The position numbers were made by a program, and so were the translations under genes. The notes under the pieces were generated by a model. That model searched no databases. It saw only the letters and a list, made by a program, of their open reading frames with translations, and was not told the origin of the DNA. DNA of 64,000 bases from Phoronis australis (lineage: Eukaryota; Animalia; Phoronida), in assembly GCA_002633005.1 (NCBI GenBank), contig NMRA01000862.1:52895-116894 (forward strand), given 5' to 3'. Positions 1 to 12,500 of the stretch are shown here, in pieces; within the stretch, counting starts at the first letter, position 1, and the number at the start of each line of letters is the position of its first letter.

Positions 1-106
1 AATCCAAGCCTAAAGGGTTTGTGACAAATGTCCCTTCTCCTATGCCATCCGGAAATGACATGGAAATATATCATGTATGTTTGCACCTGACTTTTGATTT
101 TTAGTT

Positions 107-917
107 TTGAGGGCTAGTACGGTGCAGGGGAGATATGCATCGCTTCTGCAACCGTCCCTGAGTGGACAAAAATTTGTTTTAAGCAATTGACAGCAGCTAA
201 CCAGCAAGATCTTCCTGTCCAGTGCAGATATGTTGTCAAAGCCTACTTTCTATATCGGAGATAAAGAACAAAGCCTTTGAAAAGGGACAGCTATTTTTAA
301 ACAAAGATACGTAAGTTGCTTTGTTAATTTACTTATTCAGGTCCTTAGCGGAGGTTGCCATAGGGGTTTGGTTTTGTAAAATTTGGTGCAATTGAATGTG
401 TGGAAATAACAGTTAATAATGTCTAGGGGAAAGAGCACGGTGAGGTAATTCTTAACCTTCAAGAGGTTCTTTCACGTTTCATGAAATTGTTTTGTTATCT
501 ATTATAAACCCATAAAAATATTACATATTCTAAATTCTCAATGACTGTGCAGTCTTAAATCGTGCCTTGAAATGTTACAATTCGTTTATAAATTCATGAC
601 TGTCATTTTTCACGAAAATTGCGTACGAATGATTTCATAGTTGAGCATATTATTCTTACTGCTATTACGCAAACAATGGTGCCTGGGATTTTTAATTACT
701 CTTAAACAACAGAAAGATTATCCATCATTTTTAAATGACCCAAATATTCACATCTTCTATTAGATGAAAAATGAAAAAATCTGAGAAACGGTTCCCTCAG
801 CCATAAGTGTGCTTGACACACCAATAAATCTGTAATCGGTGTTTCAAATTGCTGAATGTATCAGAAATCAAAAGGCTTGATAATGGGTAACAGAGGCTTG
901 ACGTTGTCTCAAATAAC

Positions 918-962
<45 letters not shown>

Positions 963-1705
963 TTTGCAGACGAGTGATGCGTTTAAAGAATTGTTATGGC
1001 TAGGAATGAAAAATAAAGACCCAGTTTTCTACAATACGTAGCGTATACATCCTAGCTTTCTAAAAATAGAAGCAATTTGATTTTGCGAGGAATTAGAGAG
1101 CAGTTACCATATTTTTTTGAAAAACAGGGGCAACATTTTTACCCAACCTGGAGTACTTACGGTAATTATTCATGTTTCAATATTTGTTCCAGGTACAGTG
1201 ATATTTTAAGGCCACTTTAAGCTGCAACAGAGACAAGCTTTGTTACTCCTTTCGCTTCCCACAGCCTATCAACTCACCACCAGTGCTGCATGACACAATG
1301 TACAAGCCAGTGGCCCTGGAGAAATGAGAATCGCAGTACAAAGTTACAATAAGAAAATGTGGCAGTGGATTGCTTGTGTGTGAAGAGGAACTATATCTGA
1401 CTGCTACATCAGTCAGCCTCGTTGGTGAGGAACCCCTTTCATAGGAAATGAGTCGTGTGGACAACAATGGCTTATTTGCTTTGGTGGAAGAAACATAAGG
1501 ACTGGAGCTAAAGAAGTCCCATTAACACTCTGATCTAGTTTAGGGTCAGATTTGGACACAAATCGAGTCAAGTAATATGCTTTTGTGTTTACATTCAAGG
1601 ATCTAAGTGTGGATGTTATTGATGCTAATGAAGTCATGTTAAGGAAAGCCATGGGCCGAAACTGGACCTTTTTTCCAAGAGCCTCTACGGGCCAATGAAA
1701 CTAGA
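107..1705 (+). mobile_element. Decayed YqaJ/lambda-exonuclease-like gene of a DNA transposon (ISL2EU or Kolobok type)
   Basis: 1265-1705 reads PINSPPVLHDTMYKPVALEK*ESQYKVTIRKCGSGLLVCEEELYLTATSVSLV...LELKKSH*HSDLV*GQI...CFCVY. This resembles the YqaJ pattern GLxVxxxxPYLAASPDGLV...LKKxHxYYxQVQGQ...CDFVV. Several stops. A possible upstream exon at 107-310 is weaker. Confidence 0.5.
918..960. repeat. (TA)n(TG)n microsatellite
   Basis: Read directly from the sequence. Confidence 0.97.
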
Positions 1706-3350
1706 TCCCAGTGAAATGAAAGCCGAAAGCATCTGGTATCAATACCTGTCCTTTCTCACTGAGTGATATCAACTTTTCCTTTCTGATAAAAGGCTTTATA
1801 CTAATGGTTAAACATTTTCAATTTGGTATACATTATGTGGAAAGGACATTCAGTGACTGCATCAAATGTATTATTGTCAGCAAAAAAGTCCGTTAATGCT
1901 ACACTTTGATGATCGAATAAATTTTTCATCAACAGGCAAGTGTGTCACTAATTATTCAAACCACAATATTTCTTCAGTTTTAAAGCCCCATACAGTGAAG
2001 TTGTGTTGCTTCGTTATAAATCTGAAATGATTACCAATTACGCTTGCGAATTGTTATGATCCTGTTGACCTATAGAAATGTCCGGCGATCAAAACGAACT
2101 ATTCCGTTTGTTTTTCATTTGATTTGTTTATGTGTGTAACTATTTTTAGAGCTTTTTGAATAAGGCCTTTGAACAGTTTTAAGTTGTGTTCACTTGTCAA
2201 CATGCAAGCAAAGCATGTTTTCAATCGTATCTGGCTGTATAAGAATCTGCTATGCACAAGATTCGAGAATAAACAATAAGCAGTGTATTTAAAAACAAAA
2301 TGGCAAACTGAACAACCACATATATACAACGGAACAACATTGTTAAATAGAATTGCAATTTTCCCAGTGAAAGAGAGTCCATAATCAGGGATGTCAAGGG
2401 CTGACTTTTTGATATGACAGATTTAAGTCTCTCAGGTTACTGCAGAAGGACTGATTTTTACTTCGTTGAAAGGTAAAATAGACGGTAAGGCTGCTGGTTT
2501 CAGTCGTTTTCTCTCCCCTGTAACAGAATAATCAGATAAATTCACTGTATTAGCAAATTATAAAAGAAAACACAAGACAAAACAATTTTTGTAAGGCAGA
2601 CCATACTTGGCATTTCATCTTCATGTTCATATGTAGAAACTAATAGTGAACACAAGTCTTACTTAGGATCTGAATTAAAATATGTGAAACAGGATAAAAG
2701 TGATTTAAGAATGTGTATTTTTTGACACCTACAATGTTTTTTTTTTTTTGATCTCAACAAATAAAATTCATTCTTGGTGTCAATTCCAATGCAATGTTAC
2801 GAATTTACTGAATAGCTCATTCATGCCAACTCGATGACTAATCTGATATTCCTGGGGGTGGGGGTCCGCTATAAAATAAGAAAACTAATCTAGAGAATTT
2901 CATTGGACAGAACATAGTTTTGAAGAGTAACTGCTGTGAAAAAGTCCTCCTTGACTTCTGAGCGGCACACCCACCCAGGACATTATGAGCTGCTACCCAG
3001 TTCTGTTTACATGTTGACAGTGACACGTGCTCTTTCCAATTACCACTAGTGCAGCAGCGACACCACTGGAGAATTTGTCGAATTTCCCATTGGCCACGTC
3101 CAAACAACACATTCCCGGAACTTTTGAAAACTGTAGCTTGATTCTTTCTGCTGGTACATTATGTCTTGACTTCCCTGTTAGCAATCCAATTTGTTAGCTG
3201 CAACGATGTCACCTCGTACAGTACGTTACGTCATCGAAACTCGATATCATTTCATGCTTGTCTTTATCCCCCACCCCCACTCCCCAATTCGATAGTAAAG
3301 AATGCGTACGTGAATGTTAGATTCTTAGATTAAATATTCTTAAATTTCAG

Positions 3351-3551
3351 AAACTTGCACAGTGCCACAGGAAACAGCAAAAATGCGATTCTCTTTCCAA
3401 GATGATACACCGTTATCGAGCATGGTATTTCTAAACCAAACAATTTTCGGCTTTTGCAAACCCGGATACAAGGGTTTGATGAGAGCCACGTGCGCGGACA
3501 GTCAAGGCAACTTTATCCTCACGCCCAGGTTTCATGACAGTGTTTGTAGAG
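3351..3551 (+). CDS. Exon: Sushi/CCP domain 1
   Basis: tttcag|AA ... G|gtagga; 201 nt; [67 protein letters not shown] (4 Cys, CxPGY). Confidence 0.85.
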
Positions 3552-6500
3552 GTAGGAGAAGAATAAGCTACATGTAGTTTGCACATTGGTTGAACGTTAG
3601 TGTCATTGAAATGTGCTCATCAGAGTCTGCCTATTTCTTCGTTTTCTTTTTCTTTTGACGACTAAGTATCAGTCCACGGATCCACCGACCACAGTATAGT
3701 CACCAAGCGCCAAGTTGGGGGTCAGCCATTCAGAACCATGTTTAGTCTAATAAATCACAATCGGCATGAGAGAAATTGGGTGAAGTATAACATCACAAAG
3801 ATTAGTGGTTAAGGAGATACAACGGTAGTCTACTGGGGGGGGGGCAAAATGAGTCAATTTCTTGATGCGGAATGAGTCATTCTTGACTACATTTCTATTG
3901 CAGTTTCTGCTTCAAACAGAATCTTTTCTGAATAATTTTGATATCATAAGATAGTACAGGACCAATGTAAGCAAAAACGGCACCGACACTAAAACATCGT
4001 TTACCATGGTAACGCTGGAACTGTTTCCGTGGAGGTACATTTCATGTTAGTGAATAATCAGCAGTAAGTTATACCCTTATAGCGAAGTTGCCCCCACGAG
4101 AAAACCCAAAATATTAACATGGGCATGTGGTAAAATAAAAAATCTTTGTCGGCCCTTCATGCAGGATCGGTAATAGGCGTCTGAATTTCACTATATGTAC
4201 ATGTACTTTCAGACTGCACATTTGTGTATTTGTCGTGTTAAAGGAAAAGTCACCCTCTTTAATTAGTCTTTTTTACCGTCTTAATCGGTCTATATCCACA
4301 TCACCTCGTATACTGTCGATCTTACCTCGCCGAGAGGTGTCGCGTTAACCTGTGAGGAAGATGAGAACCGACGCAGCGACATCAGTGGTTCTTCTGCAGA
4401 GTGAGTACCGCTGTGGTGATCTGTATCGTTCCCGCTTACACGAAATATGAAGCTGCGAGGAAAGCAGGTATATCGTTTTTTCGATTTCCTCGAGAGCCCA
4501 TAATGCTTCGGAAGTGGCTCGCGGTAGTGAAAAATGAAAAGTACGCCGTTAATACCGAGTATGAGGCCATGAAACTTCTCCGTGTCTGTTAGTGGCCTGC
4601 ATTTTGTCTCATCGGTTGTTGATCAGTTTTTGATCATGGAGAATTGTAGTTGGCCATGAAAACATAGACATTTACAATTAATTCAAGGCGTGAGAGCATA
4701 CCGTTTTATACATGTATAACCTGTTTGATGATTGAGTCGTTCGTGAGGTGTCTGTTTGTTCCTCATCTGGGTGTAGGATGGTTTTGCCGTGGTATAATAC
4801 AACAATTAACAGAATTAGTTTGCTTAACTGTTTTTAATTGATTTTAAGAACACAAGCAGCTCCCTCTAAAATATAAAATCATACTAGATTTGTTCATCCA
4901 ACTCATTGAATACCAAACTAAAGCATACACATGTACAATATGCGTTAGTTGAATGATGGCTGATCTAAAGTGCAGGCGTGCGTTCAGTAACGCTAGGACC
5001 TACACTAGGACCTAGCTCAAAAGTCACCTGTTCTCATTTGAAATGCACGACAATGTCTCACGTGATCTCGCGAAATCTTATCTTTTAGCGAGGTCCTACC
5101 GTTACTGAATAATAGCCAGGTTTGCGAATTTATCTATTTAACTGGCACTGCCAGATGCGTCAAATATGGTATTTTTGCAAATTGCCAAGAAAAACAGCTT
5201 TGAAATCTCTTGGGAAATACACAAGGAACTTAGCGATACATTTGAGAACCTTAAAAGTGAGAAGAGGTCATATGAAAGATGTGGAACCTGTCCTCTCAAG
5301 AAGACACTAAGTACATTCACTGCACACTAGAGGGGAAATACGACAGAAGTCTGAACAATGACCAAAGACGTAAAACCAAAGTTCAACGTCCTTCTTCGTG
5401 TGAGCGCAGGTAGGAATCAACAGACTCCAGGGTCTGTCCATGAGGAATAGTTTTAGGTGTAAGTCATTCGTGCATACTTTTGTTGGCACACCGTGATTGC
5501 TTATAACTTGGGCCTCATTGCTTAATCATATCTTATTTCAAGTGTCTTGAAGTATATTTAGTGTATACACATTGTTACACAACGATAAAATGACTGTAGA
5601 GGGGAACAACTGCTCAAAATACCCATGTTAGCAATATCCTGTCTGTGAAAAATGATGTTTAGTTAAGTTCATGAGTTTTGTTACGCGGGTAGGACTGCAA
5701 CAGGTACCCGAAATAACAGAAAGGTTGTGGTCCTTGAATCTTTCTCTTTGCTTCCATTAACGAGAAGCAACATTTAATGGCCAATATGTTTATTAGACTG
5801 AAATTATGTTCCATTGACATAGAAAATAACCACCAAATGTGGTTAAACATTTTACACGACTTCTGCCCATGACCTACGCTTAGAGACTAGAGAGTATGTT
5901 ATGTCCGCTATTGAATTTATGCGATTGAATATGAAATTAATCAAACATGCCAAAGCCGTCAAAAATATTGTGTATTTTCAAAAAGTACATTGATATTAAG
6001 TTGTGATTTTACAACTAGTGAAGTTTAACAAGGTGGTTAGGCTAAAAATGGAATGGAACTCAAAAAATGGAAGTGATGCATGCCTAATATGAAGTTCACA
6101 GTTTTGCCCTACCACTCATCTCTGAAGAAGACGACAACCGCACATCAAAATGCACCCTCCCAAAATTGGAACAAAAAAGACAGAAAATTCTAATATGTCT
6201 CCAAATTGGCCCGTTGACTTGAGGACCTGCGGGTCAATTGATCTGATATCCACGTAAAAAATTCCGGTATTGTTTCATGCATGCTGAATTTGCAGTAGAG
6301 CTCAAAATTCCTGTTTACCTCATATGATTGCCAAGAAGCGGTGTATTTATGAATGAATTTTAGGGTCAACTAACAAAAATAATCATTGAGTGTTGTGAGG
6401 GTTCCACAATATTTGTCTAGGATCTTGAACCTAGGGTTTCCATGCCATACTTGTGCATGAAAGACAGTGTATGCCGTGTATACAATGGATTACAAAAACA

Positions 6501-9500
6501 CAATTGCACAAGTCAGATGTTTGTTTGGAAATCTGTTTTGTTGAAATGGTTAACTTTTTTGTGCTCATGGTGAAAGTGGGCTAATGTGAAGTGCAGAATG
6601 GTATTGCTCAACTACTGGGGTCATGTCAGTTGCCATCTACAGTTCTGTGTTATTTAAGGTTACACAAAACCAGAATGGCAGTGAACTAGGGTGGGGAGAT
6701 CTTGTACGGTTGTAAGGGGGATTTTAGTTGGTCTTGCTACATGTAGAAATTGTTTAGCAAATCCATAGTATACAGTGGTTGCTACTCAAGCACGCTAGAG
6801 TAACCACCTCTGTTAAGACCCTGTTGTTTTCATTTGGGTTGATTCCTGTAGCCTATGACTGTGAACATGCAGCAAACGCTATTTCCAATACACCTGATTG
6901 AATGTAACTATGAATATTCAGAGATAAACAGAAGGTGCCAGACAAAACAGGCAGACTTAATGAAATCTCAGAGTGGGTTAAAAGAAAGCGAGTTGGATTT
7001 GGAACCCATGGATACTACAGTAACAGTAAGTACTTGTAAAAACCTGTAACAAATTCCGTAATTGCATAAAATCGGTCAATTGTTTAATGTTATGATGTTA
7101 TGAAGAGAAACATAATGCACAACGACATGCATTTCATAATGACGCCGACACATAGGTAGCGGGGATAATTTAAATCGGTCTCAATATTTTCTTCATGTAG
7201 TGTGTCGTACTTGTTCTGTTTTATACCTTTGTCCTACTGTCAGGTACATAGAAATTCATTTTGTAAATTTATAATCAAATCTGAATGACTTATTTGTGAT
7301 GCCTTCACTTTAGATTGGTATTCATATTTTCTTAGCCAAAATGGTCACATTAAAATTAATGTTTTATTTTTTCATTAACACAATTTTAGGAATCAGGAAA
7401 GGCTTATGCTGAAGAAGTGGCTTCAGCTGAAGTTGAAGACTTGCCGATTACTAGTAAAGGTTGGGTATGACAAAGTTCAAAACTAGCAAGAAGGCACCCT
7501 GAACCGTTGAAAAAACTCATCCTGGACAACTAATTGATTGAGCTAGAGAGAAGCCGAAAAGTCTACTCCCAGAAGATGTGTCAAAGAGAATTTGTAACTT
7601 GAGTCGGGGAAAAAGTATTTGCCAAAGATTACTGGCTTATACCACAACAGGTCCAAAGCAATTTGTTGAGATAGGATACTCCCAGTAAATGTGGAAAACT
7701 GTGTCAGTTGGATGTAGGTGATGTCACAAAGGAAAAGGAGTAGGCATTGGAAATAGACAATCTGCGCTTTAAGAGTGTCAATGATGTACATGTAGCATTG
7801 GATAAATTCAAAGGGAGGAGGACAGTGACTGGACCTGTAAATACTCTGGCGGATCTGCTAAATCCAGTGGCATCATTATTATATCAGCACAGTTGTGTAG
7901 AGAAGTAGGCTTGCGTGTTGTTGCAACCTTTGTTTGCATCAGAACTGCTGAGCAAACAGCACAAATCTAAGTTTACTTGGATTGAATTTTTGTCTAGCCA
8001 CCGATCATGCTCCTGTGGATTAAGTTGGTACAGCCACATGGCAATGGTACATAGTTCTTCCTGTTTAGCCACTAGATTTTTGATCTGACAGAATTTCTCT
8101 GTGTGGCCATTACATTTAGACGGGTTTTTTCGTGATTCATGACTGTATTGTTTATTTTCCATGAAATTGATTTGAATTTATATTTCCGCAATTTACTTAT
8201 CATTATGGATTTTTGTTTGTAAATTAGTATTTATTACTGACATTTGAACCCCAGTTTGGGTGGTTTTGTTCATGTGTCTTTCTGCCTGCGTTGTAAATAC
8301 ACATTCCGTCAAGGATGTAAAGTTTTGATTTAGACAATTTACCTGTATAATCTTTTCTCAATTTCGTCCTTATCCAGATTGGAATTGCAGCAAATTGACA
8401 GTTTGCTATTCCTCGAGATCATGTTGAGTGTATAAAGTCACACACTGTTAGACAAGCCATCTTATAGAGCCTGGTCTCTAGCAAATGCACATTGCCAGTT
8501 CTTTTCGAAATTCTGAAATTACTCAAAAGTGACCAGGAAATACTACCTGTTTCATGATAAATTGTCTAAGTCAAAAGTTGTTTTATGTAATTGAAGACGG
8601 ACTTGGAATGATTTTTGTTGCAGTACTGAAAAGTGTCGGTGGATTTTTGAATTGACCATTTTATGCTTCCTATGAGTAGTTTCGTAACCAGTCTAGTATG
8701 TATATACATCTGTAATCGCACGGCAATTGTAATGCAAACCATGTTGCAAAAGTATTTTTCCATGACCATTTCATTGCAAAAATGCCGTTCAGTTGGAACC
8801 GACCAGCCTATTTTTCATTTTGTGGTGGGTGGTTATTTGTTGATCAGAACATTGATGTGTTACATAATTCTCCGTACAAACAGCCACCTCAAATATGTGA
8901 AGAAGAAATTTACAGTGTTGTCAGTGACATTGCGAAATCCGTTTTTGCAGTAAAACTAAATCACTTTGTTGTTCCCTGACTTTATGGGTTTTGTGTGGTT
9001 GACTCTGTCCTGTAGGATTTGGAGTGTTGAAAAGGTCTAGAAGTCATAACATTTGCACTTTTGACTATACAGTCATTTTTGTATTGTATTATTAAAACAT
9101 ATTTTGTAGTATACAAGTCTCTGGTTGGTGTTTAATATTTTTTCACAAGGAATATTTTCAACTTAGATGAGTTGTCTGTGAGGTAGACAACTTTAAAATG
9201 AGATAAGGAATAAGACTGTCAAATATTATTTTATTTTTAGGTCAGTGAGTGATTACCTTTGAAAAATTAATGCAGAATTTGAGAATAAATCAATACTAGC
9301 CGTTACCCTTTCGCACGGGCAGCAGCTAGTGGAAAACGCCGAGGGAAATAGTTACACTTAAGAGTGAACCAAGTGTTCATCGCAAGAGACAGGAACACTT
9401 CTTGAAGAGACCGCTATCAAAGCTTCAAGCAGAATTTCTGTCACTGTCAGAAATTAGTAGGCAAAGTATGCGGCTGCGGGAGTCTCATAAATTACATACT

Positions 9501-12500
9501 GAGGTAGAAAGCCAGCTAGCTGTATGAAGACTATCGTCATCACACACTGCAGCTAGGTAGCCGTGTGTAGAGCTCTGTTAAACACCGAAATTTCACACAA
9601 CCCGGGTGCTCAGCTAGTCACCTCGTCGTGGAACTTAGAACTAACAAAATGCAATGGTGCATGCAGAATATGGGAATGAACAAACATTCACATTGCCTGT
9701 TACAGCCGTTCATAGAGCTAAAAAAGCTATAAACGCTAACAATGGAAAATCTGTCGTCGTTTTGAAAACGGTGCATGTTCGTGACACGCGCACGTACGCG
9801 CCATTTCCTAAAATTTCGCGATATCTCTCGAGAGATTCTTCTGAAATTGGGTTTTCTGGTATTAAAATAGTAAAAACTTGTACGCAACCTAAATAGGTGA
9901 CTCAAGGAAGAGTAATCAAATTTTAATGGGGCATTATTACGTTTGGCGGCGACAGGCGAGTTATACGCGACAGAAGCCGGAGGTAGTGAAATTAAGACGA
10001 CCGACTGGAGTCACCAAGGACAGTACGAAACTGGCCACCCTCCCTCCGCGTCCCCGAAAAAACGGCTAGCGAGAAAATATAGGACACCTCGAATCCAAAC
10101 AGGGGGCCGGTGCGTTACATAGGACCAAGGAGGTGCTGAAACGGGCGTGACGGATGTCTGTAGTGGAGCGGGGGTGAAGGAGTTTGTGCAAACGATGCAT
10201 TTTTTTAACAGACTAGCCGTTACCCGTGCTTTGGCATAGAGAACATTAGATAAGCATCTTCATTGTTCCCGTTGTTATGATAAAGATAATAACAGTCATT
10301 TATCAGTAACGGTCTATTGTACACCCAGTTTTATGTATCCATGCGACCTGTGTTATTTTATCCAACACTGACACAACGAAAACAATGATATGACCGATGG
10401 GCGATATATATGCGACGAGTTGCCATGGACAGTGGTGGAGTTTGTCTCGCCGTTGGAATGTTTTTAGAGGACTGCAAACCCGGTTTTTTGTCAGGAAGAC
10501 AAGTCTTATGCGGTATTTTGTTTTAAGTCGTATGAAAAATTGTGGTTATGCCACTAAATTCATCACACATTTGATATTACAATGCATTAAGTGTACATTT
10601 GATTAACAGAAAATCTGATTTGAAGATGTGTGAAAAGATACCCAAGAGGAAATTACAATACATAACAGCTATAAATCAAAATAATGTACTTTGTCGAGTT
10701 CATGTCTAACCCTGTTCACTGGGGAGGATATAATCGACTTTTTACAAAAATGGAGCCATGTATGGTACTATAGTCCTAGGTGGTAAGTTGTAAGACATTC
10801 AAAAGATTCAGGAGGAACAAACTTAATGTAATATATCAAAAAACATTAAAGGCAACCTGATTTACGTGGTGGCGCAACGATCTCAGATATTTGAAAAATT
10901 CTCATTTTAGTGCAATTGAGGTGCCAGAATGATTATTATTATTATTTCATGCAATGAAAGTAATACGTTTTGTCAATATTTTGGCCAAGTTTCATTCTCA
11001 TAGCAGTAGGGGTAAATTTGGTATAGCAGTGTATTAAACATAACCTCAAAATGGCATATCGGGGGATAGCGTAGTAAAACTAGTAAATGAGGGTGGTAAA
11101 TCGGAATCTTTTTTCAACACACCTGTGTAACAATCTGGTGGCACCACTAAACAATGCCGAGTGAATAATAGCCAATAGCTTTCATTCAAGGAAACGTATA
11201 AACAGTTAAAATAACGGAGTTGCAACCGAATCGATTTAACAATTGCGCATGTCCGGCGGAAATTAGGGTGCGCAAAGGTTATTGGGTTTGATTGGGGTAC
11301 ATGGAATGGCCGATTGGTTTCCACGGCGTGTGGTTTGTGCGTAATTCTGCCTCTATTCGGCCTAATAAGCGCCCATGCCCCAATAAGTGTCCCAACGCGT
11401 TTTCAGACTTTGCTAAAGTAAATGCCTTACCTGCAGTTCTAACGTCTCCAATTTATCAATTGAAAGATCCGACAGTCCTGAATTTGTAGACCACGAGCCT
11501 AACCGTTATGTCCGTATACACTTCAAACTTACGCCGCGATTCAAAAAGAACGCAGAAGTTTTGCTGCTCTTGCGAGGGATGTGCCCCACTATGCGGGTCT
11601 GGACGCAGCGTACTTGTCAGCGGTATTGCATTGTTTCTTTCCGGTACAGATCTTTTCCGGGCTCAACAGGAATCCAAACTTCTTTGTACACGTTAAAACC
11701 TTGAATCGAAGACTAATAAAAAAACTCGACCAGTGTTACAACATGGCCAAGAAGCGCGCGCTGCTTAATGAACCGGCTGTCATCGAAGGCATTTAATCGG
11801 GGACTATCTATTCATGAAACGGGTAACATAGCATCGGCAAGAAATAAATATTGACCCTAATTTCCGAAAGTTTCTAATACCGTAAAAGAACTTTTGCATT
11901 ATTTTTACGAGAAATTATTTAACTAATCATAATTGGTGTTTTTAAAGTCAAAATGACCCACTGATAGTGAACACATTCTCACCCTTACACCCCGAATCTT
12001 CCCGAGAATAGCTGTTACACTACGGTCACGCATCCACTCACCCGGTGACTCAATGAGTGACAGATCGGTCTTACCGAAAAAACTCTCGAACATTTTTTAG
12101 CAGATGAGGCCAGCAAGTGCTAAGCTAATTATTAAAACACGCCCTGCTTGACTGCTTGCGTTAATTACTTTGGATACAATGCACACCTAGATCATTACAT
12201 CGCATTTACTATGGCAAATGAACTCTGATGACAAGCACACGCACGCTTACTCTCACACACACGCGTACAAACTTCAAAACAAACCTTACGTGACAACAAC
12301 ATGTGTGTTTCTCCAGAGATTTTTCTCGTGTTGCGGGCTACAATCTAGCGCAGATTTGGACTTAATCTGCCGTTAATGCAGACTCCGCAAGAACTTAAAA
12401 ATATTAGAGACGCTATTTGGAAAACTTGAGGAGGATTTCAGGTAATTTGTTGAGTCGAAGCGGTATTCTTATTCGAGAATTCAAGCTCTATTGACGATTG

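Noticed and set aside
9294-10240. Helitron-like end motifs (ACTAGCCGTTACCC twice, GCACGGG..CTAGT)
   Set aside because: Only short motifs; I could not define element boundaries.
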